DNA of 64,000 nt from Nitrospirota bacterium (GCA_020851375.1 JADZCV010000022.1:10814-74813); one strand, 5' to 3'. Shown: positions 37,280-45,293, numbered from the stretch's first letter. The notes: generated by a model not told the origin, from the letters alone. Program-made: numbers and translations.

Positions 37280-38320
37280 ATGACAGACCACCTTACCTAC
37301 AAACAGGCCGGTGTAGACATAGACGCAGGCAACGAATTTGTCCGCCTCATCAAACCCCTCACAGAGGCCACGAAGAGACCAGGCGTCCTCGGCGGCATCG
37401 GCGGATTTGGCGGTCTGTTCCAATTAGACACGAAAAAATATAAAGACCCCGTGCTTGTCTCAGGCACAGATGGAGTTGGCACCAAACTGAAGCTGGCCTT
37501 CATGATGAATAAGCACGACACCATCGGGATAGACCTCGTGGCCATGTGCGTCAACGACATAATAGTCTGCGGCGCTGAACCGCTGTTCTTCCTCGATTAT
37601 CTCGCCACTGGGAAACTCGTGCCTTCCATGATGGTGGACGTAATGAAAGGCATCAGCGAGGGATGCAGAAGTGCAGGATGCGCCCTGATCGGCGGAGAGA
37701 CCGCTGAGATGCCTGCCATGTACCATGATTCAGAGTACGACCTCGCAGGGTTTGCAGTTGGTGTAGTGGAGCGGGAAGGTATCATTGATGGCAGTAAGAT
37801 AAAGCCTGGAGATAAGATCATCGGCCTCGCATCTTCCGGACTCCACAGCAACGGCTATTCCCTTGCAAGAAAGGTCGTGTTCGACAAGATGGGCTTCAAG
37901 CCGTCAGACAGTGTGGATATACTGAGCAGGCCAATTGGTGAAGAACTACTGACGCCTACGAAGATATACGTTAAGACAGTACTCCATTTGATGAAGCATT
38001 TTGATGTAAAGGGAGTGGCACACATCACAGGCGGCGGCCTTACAGAGAATATACCAAGGGTTCTGCCTGAAGGGACAGATGCAGTCCTCTATCCAGGGAG
38101 ATGGAATGCCCACGCCATATTCTATCTTATCGAGAAATGGGGCAATATCGAAAGGGATGAGATGTACAGGGATTTTAACATGGGTATCGGAATGGTGCTG
38201 ATACTGCCTGAGGAACAGGCAGAAGAAGCCTTCAAAGAGCTCGAAAAATGCGGAGAGCAGCCATACATAATAGGTGAGATAGCCGAAGGCAGCAGGACAG
38301 TAGTTTACGAAAAGGGATAA
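37280..38320 (+). CDS. purM: Phosphoribosylformylglycinamidine cyclo-ligase (AIR synthetase)
   Basis: 346 aa with [27 protein letters not shown] and [11 protein letters not shown] motifs. Confidence 0.95.
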   Translation: MTDHLTYKQAGVDIDAGNEFVRLIKPLTEATKRPGVLGGIGGFGGLFQLDTKKYKDPVLVSGTDGVGTKLKLAFMMNKHDTIGIDLVAMCVNDIIVCGAEPLFFLDYLATGKLVPSMMVDVMKGISEGCRSAGCALIGGETAEMPAMYHDSEYDLAGFAVGVVEREGIIDGSKIKPGDKIIGLASSGLHSNGYSLARKVVFDKMGFKPSDSVDILSRPIGEELLTPTKIYVKTVLHLMKHFDVKGVAHITGGGLTENIPRVLPEGTDAVLYPGRWNAHAIFYLIEKWGNIERDEMYRDFNMGIGMVLILPEEQAEEAFKELEKCGEQPYIIGEIAEGSRTVVYEKG

Positions 38321-38335
38321 GGCAGCTAAATAGGC

Positions 38336-38678
38336 GCATTTTCGGATGAGCCGTCATGAGACTGCGCTCACAAGGTATCGTAAAAACGTCATTCCCGCGG
38401 AAGCGGGAATCCAGACCGAAGCCTGATTCTGGATTTCCACCTCCGCGGGAATGACGGGTAGATGTGTCCTCTGTGTCTTTGTGGTAAATAACGGGTTTTT
38501 CGGATGAACCGTCATGAGCCCTTCGACAAGCTCAGGGCTCACAATGGATCGTGAAAACGTCATTCCCGCGGAAGCGGGAATCCAGACCGAGGCCTGGTTC
38601 TGGATTCCCACTCCCCGCTTAAATCCTGCGGGGACAGGTTCCGTGGGAATGACAGGTACTAAGGAGCATTTTCAGGTG
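38336..38678. repeat. Two tandem copies of a ~170-nt composite REP element (third copy at 48007-48177)
   Basis: Each copy starts ..CCGTCATGAG.., contains GTCATTCCCGCGGAAGCGGGAATCCAG and its partial inverse (TCTGGATT.CC...GGGAATGAC), and ends ..TTTTC(A/G)G(G/A)TG. Confidence 0.85.
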
Positions 38679-39290
38679 AACCAGCATAAACTCAGGATCG
38701 GCGTCCTCGCCTCTGGCAGGGGCTCAAACCTCCAGGCTATCATAGATGCATCAGAACAAGGCAAGATCAATGTCCAGGTCGTTGTCGTAATCAGTGATGT
38801 GGCCGGTGCCTATGCCCTTGAGCGGGCAAAGAAGCACAACATCCCCGGCGTCCATGTCAATCCGAAGGCCTTCAAGACAAAAAAAGAATACGAACAGGCG
38901 ATAGTAAACAGATTGAGAGAACATGATATAAGGCTTGTAGCATTGGCCGGATACATGAGACTCGTAACAGACGTACTTATTGACGCATTTGACGGGAATG
39001 TAATGAACATCCACCCCGCGCTACTTCCATCATTTAAGGGTTTACATGCACAGCAACAAGCGTTAGAATACGGGGTGAGGTACTCAGGCTGTACAGTCCA
39101 TTTCGTAACGATTGACGTTGATGGCGGACCAGTCATCCTCCAGGCAGTAGTGCCTGTCCTTGCCAATGATACTGAGGAGACATTATCGGCCCGGATACTT
39201 GAGAAAGAACACATAATCTATCCGGAGGCGGTCCAGCTTTTTGCAGAAGGAAGGTTGAAGAGAGACGGGAACAAGGTGTTCATTATTTGA
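38676..39290 (+). CDS. purN: Phosphoribosylglycinamide formyltransferase
   Basis: GTG 38676 preceded by AAGGAG. LRIGVLASGRGSNLQAII, NIHPALLPSFKG and the C-terminal region are typical. The upstream part of track ORF 38514.. is repeat-encoded. Confidence 0.92.
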   Translation: MNQHKLRIGVLASGRGSNLQAIIDASEQGKINVQVVVVISDVAGAYALERAKKHNIPGVHVNPKAFKTKKEYEQAIVNRLREHDIRLVALAGYMRLVTDVLIDAFDGNVMNIHPALLPSFKGLHAQQQALEYGVRYSGCTVHFVTIDVDGGPVILQAVVPVLANDTEETLSARILEKEHIIYPEAVQLFAEGRLKRDGNKVFII

Positions 39291-39317
39291 CAACCCAGCA
39301 AGAAGTCTTTGCAACGT

Positions 39318-39440
39318 ACGAATTCGTAAAAAGTCCATATGCAAGGCGCGCAAATCCTGAGGAATGAGGCGTACTTTTTGGTACGCCGCAGTGACGAAGG
39401 ATGCAGCGCAACGCCGCAGATGGATTTTTTACGAATTCGT
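39318..39440. repeat. MITE-like element with 20-bp terminal inverted repeats (1 mismatch) flanking 83 bp
   Basis: ACGAATTCGTAAAAAGTCCA at 39318-39337 and TGGATTTTTTACGAATTCGT at 39421-39440. An inner hairpin GGCGTAC-tttttg-GTACGCC lies at 39368-39387. Confidence 0.7.
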
Positions 39441-39460
39441 CACATGACCGGAGGTGCTAT

Positions 39461-39796
39461 ATGGAAGACAGGAGAAGAAACAGAAGGATCAGAATGGTCT
39501 CGCATCTCGAAGTAATGGTAAAGGGCAACGGCACCCACATCAACGCCTTCTCGACAAACCTCAGCCGCAACGGAGTCGGTTTCTGCACCGGAAAAGAAAT
39601 AATGGCGAATCAGGAAGTGGAAATAAAGATGTATTTCGAAAACCCATCGAAGCAAAAGACTATGGAGACCATCCCCTGCAGGATACAATGGGTAAAGCAG
39701 ATAAGCCGCATATACGAGGCAGGCGCCCAGTTCATCACTGCCGACCTGAAGGACTACCCAGTCCTGTCCCAGCATGTCAACCACTTAGAGCCGTAA
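39461..39796 (+). CDS. PilZ-domain protein
   Basis: RRNRRIR (RxxxR) and NLSRNGVGF (D/NxSxxG) motifs, 111 aa, with a GGAGGTG RBS. Confidence 0.75.
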   Translation: MEDRRRNRRIRMVSHLEVMVKGNGTHINAFSTNLSRNGVGFCTGKEIMANQEVEIKMYFENPSKQKTMETIPCRIQWVKQISRIYEAGAQFITADLKDYPVLSQHVNHLEP

Positions 39797-39824
39797 TCAG
39801 ACTTCCCTGCCATTTCTTTACCAT

Positions 39825-39900
39825 GGGGGGTTAGCTCAGTTGGGAGAGCGTGGCGTTCGCAACGCCAAGGTCGCCGGTTCGATCCCGGTACCCTCCACCA
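39825..39900 (+). tRNA. tRNA-Ala (anticodon CGC), CCA encoded
   Basis: The cloverleaf folds by hand: acceptor GGGGGGT/ACCCTCC with G3:U70, D arm GCTC/GAGC, anticodon arm TGGCG-TTCGCAA-CGCCA, and T arm GCCGG-TTCGATC-CCGGT. Confidence 0.95.
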
Positions 39901-39953
39901 AAGTTTTCAAGGGGTTGCGGCGCTTGCGAAAACATCTTTTCCCTTCACTGTAA
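39855..39953 (+). repeat. Direct repeat copy A (3' 46 nt of tRNA-Ala plus 53 nt downstream), attL-like
   Basis: Repeated at 44219-44317 with only 3 mismatches in 99 nt. Confidence 0.9.
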
Positions 39954-40209
39954 GAAAGATATCACCACCAACCTATGATATTAACCTATGTGTTACCTAT
40001 TTGGAGAGGGTAATCGACGCGTCCATTTTCAACAGAATATTCTGGCGTTACTTCCGAAACATTGAAAATGTCCCAGTACGGCTCCAAGGTAATGCAAAAT
40101 AGGAAGTATAATAGCCTGCTTAGTCTTTGCCTCATCATACTCAGAAAATTGAGGATTCTCTTTTAGACTTTTAACAAAGCGTCTTAGTTCTTACGAAGCC
40201 CGGCATCAG

Positions 40210-40350
40210 ATGGGTTCAGAAGAGTTTTTTAACAAATACACCCGGGGAATGTTGTCGGATGATGCGGAGTTTATTGAGTGGGCCAATGACTACCGTCACT
40301 ATTTGCACCTTCATCAGGAAGTGGTAAGAAGGCTGCAGAATGTTGCATGA
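40210..40350 (+). pseudogene. 46-codon fragment resembling the C-terminus of a small antitoxin-like protein
   Basis: MGSEEFFNKYTRGMLSDDAEFIEWANDYRHYLHLHQE... This pattern (EEF...G.L.DD.DFIEWA..Y) recurs in small TA-associated proteins as far as I recall. Confidence 0.3.
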
Positions 40351-40402
40351 GGTTCTGGCTGGCAAATAGAGCTGGTTCTGCATCCTGGGTCAAGAAGTTG
40401 CA

Positions 40403-40588
40403 ATGGTCCATATGAAAACAATCTCGGGTGGACAGACAGGGGCTGACAGGGCGGCCCTGGATGTGGCAATAGAGGTGGACATGGACTACGCCGGCGCTGT
40501 ACCAAAGGGCAGGATGGCAGAAGACGGGTCCCTTTCTCCTGAAAATAGTTCTGTCATAAGGGAGGGGTCATTACTGTTATTTGACTGA
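40403..40588 (+). pseudogene. Truncated YpsA/SLOG-type (molybdenum-carrier-like) domain fragment
   Basis: ISGGQTGADRAALDVAIE...AVPKGRMAEDG is the N-terminal signature of that family, but the ORF ends after 61 aa. Confidence 0.4.
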
Positions 40589-40591
40589 ATA

Positions 40592-41992
40592 TCAAAAAGG
40601 GTTGTTGCGTTCTCTTTCTAGCCCCAATTCCTTCCACAGCCATCCGAAATCATACGGGATCTTTCCTCGGCGGGCTGCATGGGCCTCCATATTCTCCATC
40701 TCCTTGAGCAGATTGATGACTTTGGGCCGGAATGTCTTGAGCTTTACAGCGTGACGGGGTGTCCGATTCGATAACGCGGGAATCTCCTCTTCCAGCCAGT
40801 CCCTGTAGCGCTTATCAAGAAAGGTCTTCATGATTGATGCCTGAACCTCCTCCGGGATCTCCTCCTTTTTCTTTGACTCCTTACGGGGAGGATATTTTAT
40901 CGCCTGGGACGGTTCCTGGTGTTCCGATAACCGGTAGGCGATGCTATCCCCGGCGATCTCTTCCAATATCTTTCTGCATCGCTCACTCCGTTCATTGGAG
41001 AGGGTTTCTATGACCACCCGGTCCTTCCGGAAGGTCAGTGCGGCAAGAGATCGATAGCCTTCGGAGGTCTTTTCCCGCCAGGTGTAGTGGTCTGCCTCGA
41101 TCCGTTCCATATCGGGATGTTGTTCGATGGCGGATCTCAGTTGGGCCGGATCCCTCACAGTAAAGACCGCTTTTGTGAAGAGAACGGGGTCTCCATCATG
41201 GGTCACCATCGTTGGCAGCGGCGGAAAGACCACCCAGTCGATCCACCAGTGATTGAACATCATGCCGGTCCGTTTGAAGAACGCCGTATCGTCCTTTCCC
41301 GGGAATTGCCGTTGAAATAGCTTATATTCTGATTTTAGTTCCTTTAAGAGAAAGGTCTTTGCCCTGGCCGGGAAGTTAAAGGCGGCCCCCTCGAGCACCC
41401 AGATATCATCCTTTTCGTTCATGAGACGGGTGGCCATCAGATCCCACTGAGCGAAGCAGTGAGTTGCTGATTTCTCCTGTACCTGATAGGACTCTCCGGT
41501 CCAGAGGTCTTTCAACAGGAAACCCCGGTCCATGTCGACCTGCAGCACTTCATATAACCTGAGATGGGTTTTCATCACCTTCTTTAAATGAGACAGCTCA
41601 TAAGGGGGCAGGCGGGATCTCTCCCTCTCAAGGAAGATATCAGCGACTGTCTTTCCATCTTCAACGTCCATATCAAATAAGAACCAGGTGTTAAAGTTGA
41701 TCTCACACTGTTCTCCCACTTCTTCCACCCTGCGAATCTCATCATCAGACCGGTTCGCCAACCTTCCTCCCCAGAACAAGGTCATGCCGATATCCTTGTC
41801 CATGGCGAATTCCTCAGTAGACGCAAATTGCAGGAGTTTCCGGATCACCGAAACCGATTCAGACCCTGCAGATGGTTCCGGCTGGTTGTTTGTTCCGGTA
41901 AAAAGGGGGGTGACATCCCTTTCCAGGCAGCACTTCTTATACTTCTTCCCGCTGCCACAGGGGCAGGGATCATTACGGCCTATCTTTCCCAT
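40592..41992 (-). CDS. SEC-C motif protein, 466 aa, function unknown
   Basis: N-terminal GRNDPCPCGSGKKYKKCC zinc-binding SEC-C motif. The rest has no motif I can name, apart from a C-terminal IPALSNRTPRHAVK... helical segment. Confidence 0.7.
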   Translation of the reverse strand: MGKIGRNDPCPCGSGKKYKKCCLERDVTPLFTGTNNQPEPSAGSESVSVIRKLLQFASTEEFAMDKDIGMTLFWGGRLANRSDDEIRRVEEVGEQCEINFNTWFLFDMDVEDGKTVADIFLERERSRLPPYELSHLKKVMKTHLRLYEVLQVDMDRGFLLKDLWTGESYQVQEKSATHCFAQWDLMATRLMNEKDDIWVLEGAAFNFPARAKTFLLKELKSEYKLFQRQFPGKDDTAFFKRTGMMFNHWWIDWVVFPPLPTMVTHDGDPVLFTKAVFTVRDPAQLRSAIEQHPDMERIEADHYTWREKTSEGYRSLAALTFRKDRVVIETLSNERSERCRKILEEIAGDSIAYRLSEHQEPSQAIKYPPRKESKKKEEIPEEVQASIMKTFLDKRYRDWLEEEIPALSNRTPRHAVKLKTFRPKVINLLKEMENMEAHAARRGKIPYDFGWLWKELGLERERNNPF

Positions 41993-42323
41993 TTCGCCGT
42001 ATTCTACACCAAAATAGTTGCTATATCTATAGATATAGAATCCGTTGAACCCAATAATCGGGGAGGGGATAGGTCATCTCCCCTTTTTAAGCGGTTTATA
42101 CGATGTTTTCTCTTTATCCCTCCAATGGTTCTATGATAGAATTATCATGCTCAATAATATTGTAACAGCCTATGTTCCTTCTCTGGATAAATGGGAAGAG
42201 GGTTTTAAGGTAAGGAGGAAACGGTTATTAAATGCATGTTTTGTAATGTTCTTAATGAAAAAGGTATGGTATTCTGATTTTGTCCTGAGGATAATGTAGT
42301 GTAGTGCAAGGCAGGGAGAACGC

Positions 42324-42785
42324 ATGAAACTCATGATATTTTATGAATATGCCGGCAGCACGGAGTTGGTCTATAAGTGTCTGGACATCGAAAATGACGA
42401 TGAGCCGGCTAAGGCAGTTGATGATTTTATAAAATGCCTTCGCGGGTGGGGCAAGGCAAAAAGGTTTTCACTCAGTAAAGACCCTCAGATGCCGGAGCCG
42501 GGTTTTGTCGCATGCTACATGAAGGATGAAAAAGGCGGCAATCGCGCTGGATCTGCCCGGAAAAAGCTCACGGTGAGTTTCCATGTCCGGGAGGAGAAGA
42601 AGGCCGCTCCCTTGAGGGAAGAGTTCTGCTCCTTTGTCGACGCGCTTCAGAATGATTCCCCAGAGGGCCGTAAGACCTTTAAGGAAGCGGCAAATAGCCC
42701 TGAGGTCCATGATTTTGAAGTGGAGTATCTAACGGAGTTTCTTCTGATGCATGTTCGCAGGGGCAGAAATAACTTACTTCAATAG
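42324..42785 (+). CDS. Hypothetical protein, 153 aa
   Basis: An ORF with an upstream GGGAGAA RBS-like sequence and no recognisable motif. Confidence 0.45.
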   Translation: MKLMIFYEYAGSTELVYKCLDIENDDEPAKAVDDFIKCLRGWGKAKRFSLSKDPQMPEPGFVACYMKDEKGGNRAGSARKKLTVSFHVREEKKAAPLREEFCSFVDALQNDSPEGRKTFKEAANSPEVHDFEVEYLTEFLLMHVRRGRNNLLQ

Positions 42786-42810
42786 AGTTGGTTGCGTATA
42801 ATACAAGTAT

Positions 42811-42996
42811 ATGGTGACAAATAATATCGTTTTGAAAACAGGAGATATCACGGATTCGGTTGTGGACGCTATTGTCAATGCCGGGAATACATGGCTCAAA
42901 CTGGGAAGCGGGGTGTCAGGCCCCATCAATCAAAAAGGAGGGATATCCCGTATCGTAAAATCTGAGATGATGGCTGATCCTAAAAAAGAACAATAA
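42811..42996 (+). pseudogene. Truncated macro-domain fragment
   Basis: [38 protein letters not shown] fits the macro-domain N-terminal signature (GDIT..vDAIVNaaN...GgGV.gAI). The ORF ends after 61 aa. Confidence 0.5.
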
Positions 42997-43343
42997 AAAA
43001 TATCCATAGAAATATAATTTGCAGCTGGGAGACAGGGTTGCATTTAGATTGAACGGCGAGACCTATAACGGAGTGCTGGCACGGATAACCAAGCGTGCAA
43101 CCGTCATGGTCAATAACTCAGGTGGGCCTATTATGGATTCCAGCGGCAATCGTTATGTCAAGTGGTATGTGCCTGTACATTATTTGGAAAAACGATAACT
43201 GCTCTGCTGGCGCCATTCCTGATGATCCGGTAGGGGAGTCTGAGGATATAATCCTTGGAGGGAGGATTAAGAGGATGTTGCTCAGGGGATAGTCTTAAAT
43301 TCAAACGAGGGAATCCTTAGTTTACAGCCAAGATCGTTGTTTC

Positions 43344-43703
43344 TTATGGAAACTGTAGTCCCAGTTTTAAAGAAACCTCATTCAATTTTTTGTCGAGTGT
43401 CCAAATTCTAACTTGATTCAATAAACCAGCGGTGAGCAGATGCATATCAATGTAACCAAGCCCCTTCCCCATAAGTCTATAATTCTCTATGAAATGCATC
43501 ACTTCTTCATGCTCTGCCGGCGGGGCAATGGGAAGTGCGTTGAGTAGCGAGAGGATTTCTGTCCTATTTTTCAGATTTCCACAAGCCAACTCTCCAATAA
43601 TAAAAGAATGACAAACGACGTCCCCATAATTCAATAGTCTTTCAAGTTCAGGGTTTTCATCCCGCAGGTGTGATACCCATACTGAGGTGTCAACAAGAAC
43701 CAT
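43344..43703 (-). CDS. vapC: VapC PIN-domain toxin
   Basis: MVLVDTSVWVSHL..., 119 aa, directly downstream of vapB. Confidence 0.85.
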   Translation of the reverse strand: MVLVDTSVWVSHLRDENPELERLLNYGDVVCHSFIIGELACGNLKNRTEILSLLNALPIAPPAEHEEVMHFIENYRLMGKGLGYIDMHLLTAGLLNQVRIWTLDKKLNEVSLKLGLQFP

Positions 43704-43706
43704 CGG

Positions 43707-43916
43707 TCACCTTACGGTTCTCCTGCGGGGTATCATCTTTAGCCCCTTCTCGGTCCCCCCCAAAATGGCAAGTCTTTTTCCGCTCTCCCTTGCAATAAGC
43801 GCCTCCAGACCAAGTTTTATAAGGGAAGTTTTTTCCTTAATTCCTGTCAACTTTGATGCCCTGTTGAGCAATTCATCTTCTATGTTTACCGTTGTTCTCA
43901 CAGAACCTCCTTTCAT
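43707..43916 (-). CDS. vapB: VapB antitoxin (DUF2191-type)
   Basis: MKGGSVRTTVNIEDELLNRASKLTGIKEKTSLIKLGLEALI, 69 aa from the internal ATG at 43916. Confidence 0.8.
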   Translation of the reverse strand: MKGGSVRTTVNIEDELLNRASKLTGIKEKTSLIKLGLEALIARESGKRLAILGGTEKGLKMIPRRRTVR

Positions 43917-44145
43917 GATATGCGCTATAATATGCATAAGTATGCATATGTAATATGCAATTGTCAATAGCGATTCTACCTGCTGGACAGACTGCAAGTC
44001 AACCGATGGAGTCCATAATTTGCTCTAACATCAAACTTAAGGTGGCATTGAGGGATTCACCCCAAAACACTGTGATAAAAATGTGATAAAATCCTTCAAA
44101 AAGGGCATAAAATATAAAAATAGATAGAATCAATAGAGGGTGGAG

Positions 44146-44198
44146 AACCCCTTGATTTCTATGTCAAAATGGGAGACCAGACCAGAAATCAAGGGGTT
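44146..44198. repeat. Perfect 15-bp inverted repeat with a 23-nt spacer
   Basis: AACCCCTTGATTTCT (44146-44160) and AGAAATCAAGGGGTT (44184-44198), 20 nt left of the attR-like repeat. Confidence 0.8.
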
Positions 44199-44218
44199 AT
44201 GATTTTTGCTCTTTTAGT

Positions 44219-44317
44219 GTTAGCAACGCCAAGGTCGCCGGTTCGATCCCGGTACCCTCCACCAATGTTTTCAAGAGGTTGCGGCGCTTGCGAAAACATC
44301 TTTTCCCTTCACTGTAA
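44219..44317 (+). repeat. Direct repeat copy B (orphan 3' fragment of tRNA-Ala plus 53 nt), attR-like
   Basis: gttaGCAACGCCAAGGTCGCCGGTTCGATCCCGGTACCCTCCACCA... with no tRNA 5' half upstream. Confidence 0.9.
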
Positions 44318-44478
44318 CCAAAATGTCACCGGCCCGATCCAGGATGTTGACGCCATGCCTCAGGGGACACGCGCCAAACAATGGTTGACAGATTACCCTG
44401 GAATTTGTAGATTACAGACAGTAATTATATGAGACAAATGACAATGGGATTTGCAGTCAATAAATCAAGAGTTCATTC

Positions 44479-44829
44479 ATGCTTATAGAAGAAAAAGAAA
44501 TCTTCATACGCCAGAAGGCTAATGGACATATCCCTGAAACTAATGAGAAGATTTTATGGTCATTACATGCTGTTAAAAAGCTTAGAGTAGAAGATTTAAG
44601 GAAAGCAGAGGTAGAAGATTCCTTAAAAGAGTGTATAATAATTGAGGACTATACTATGGAAGGGAGACCGCTGCCTGGTTGTATGGTTTTGGGATTTACA
44701 GGCACTACCCCTATTCACTCAGTAATAGCGATTGACAAGGATTTTGATAGGATATTTGTTATAACTGTTTATAAACCTTCTGCGGAGAGGTGGGAAGATG
44801 ATTGGAAAAGAAGAAAAGCAAAAGATTAA
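44479..44829 (+). CDS. DUF4258-family protein (putative toxin)
   Basis: WSLHAVKKLRVEDL...IIEDY...PIHSVIAIDKDFDRIFVITVYKPSAERW fits the pattern of DUF4258. Confidence 0.65.
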   Translation: MLIEEKEIFIRQKANGHIPETNEKILWSLHAVKKLRVEDLRKAEVEDSLKECIIIEDYTMEGRPLPGCMVLGFTGTTPIHSVIAIDKDFDRIFVITVYKPSAERWEDDWKRRKAKD

Positions 44830-45052
44830 ACAGTGCCCTCTATGTGGAGGAAAGATGCATGACGGTATCACTGCAGCACCATTTATTATAGAGAATAAAA
44901 TTATTGTTATTAAAGATGTTCCTGCTGAAATCTGTTCAGATTGCGGAGAATCGTATATGAAAAGTAGCGTGGTTGATAGGATTGAAAACCTGCTGGACAG
45001 GCTTGAGGATCTCGACTCTGAAATGTCAGTCGTTCACTATAAGGTTGCATGA
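44798..45052 (+). CDS. YgiT/MqsA-type zinc-finger antitoxin-like protein
   Basis: CPLCGG...CSDCGESYM forms two CxxC pairs in 84 aa. It overlaps the DUF4258 gene by 32 nt. Confidence 0.7.
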   Translation: MIGKEEKQKIKQCPLCGGKMHDGITAAPFIIENKIIVIKDVPAEICSDCGESYMKSSVVDRIENLLDRLEDLDSEMSVVHYKVA

Positions 45053-45072
45053 CTCAATGATGTACGGCAATA

Positions 45073-45202
45073 GGGGTCAGGTCTTGCAATCAAGCATGAA
45101 TTAAGATGTTGTTCATTCTTAAGGCCTGTGTATATTGCCACGGATTTATGTAATGAGGTATTCCTTCCTGGAGTCATAAGCTCGTTTGCAAGACCTGCCC
45201 CC
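45073..45202. repeat. MITE-like element with 17-bp inverted repeats (1 mismatch) flanking 96 bp
   Basis: GGGGTCAGGTCTTGCAA (45073-45089) and TTGCAAGACCTGCCCCC (45186-45202). Confidence 0.65.
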
Positions 45203-45293
45203 CATTTCTCTTAAGCGCCACTTGATTCGCGCTCCCTTTTCCTGTAAACTTCAAAACGGTTTTTTAAACCAACCAAAACAAGGAGGAGTCCCG

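Larger units (their letters stand above)
39901..44317. mobile_element. Integrase-less genomic islet inserted at tRNA-Ala (decayed integrative element)
   Basis: It is bounded by the 99-bp direct repeats. Content is accessory only (vapBC, SEC-C protein, hypothetical protein, gene fragments). No integrase-like ORF is visible. Confidence 0.55.

Noticed and set aside
38354-38611. An 85-aa minus-strand ORF. Similar ORFs occur at 36856-37221 (minus strand) and 37597-37851 (minus strand).
   Set aside because: These are read-through translations of REP hairpins (VWIPASAGMTF, LDSRLRGNDN) or antisense frames of purM/aspS. There is no RBS or coding signal.
38514-38675. The long N-terminal extension of the purN ORF in the track (MSPSTSSGLTMDRENVIPAEAGIQTEAWFWIPTPRLNPAGTGSVGMTG...).
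   Set aside because: This stretch is the translation of the composite REP element. The same 'peptide' is produced by the copy at 48 kb in a non-genic context. A GTG at 38676 with an AAGGAG RBS gives a normal-length PurN.
39901-44218. I looked for an integrase or recombinase, and for excisionase-like ORFs, inside the tRNA-Ala islet.
   Set aside because: No ORF shows tyrosine-recombinase (R..H..R..Y) or serine-recombinase features. The islet is therefore reported as integrase-less rather than as a complete mobile element.
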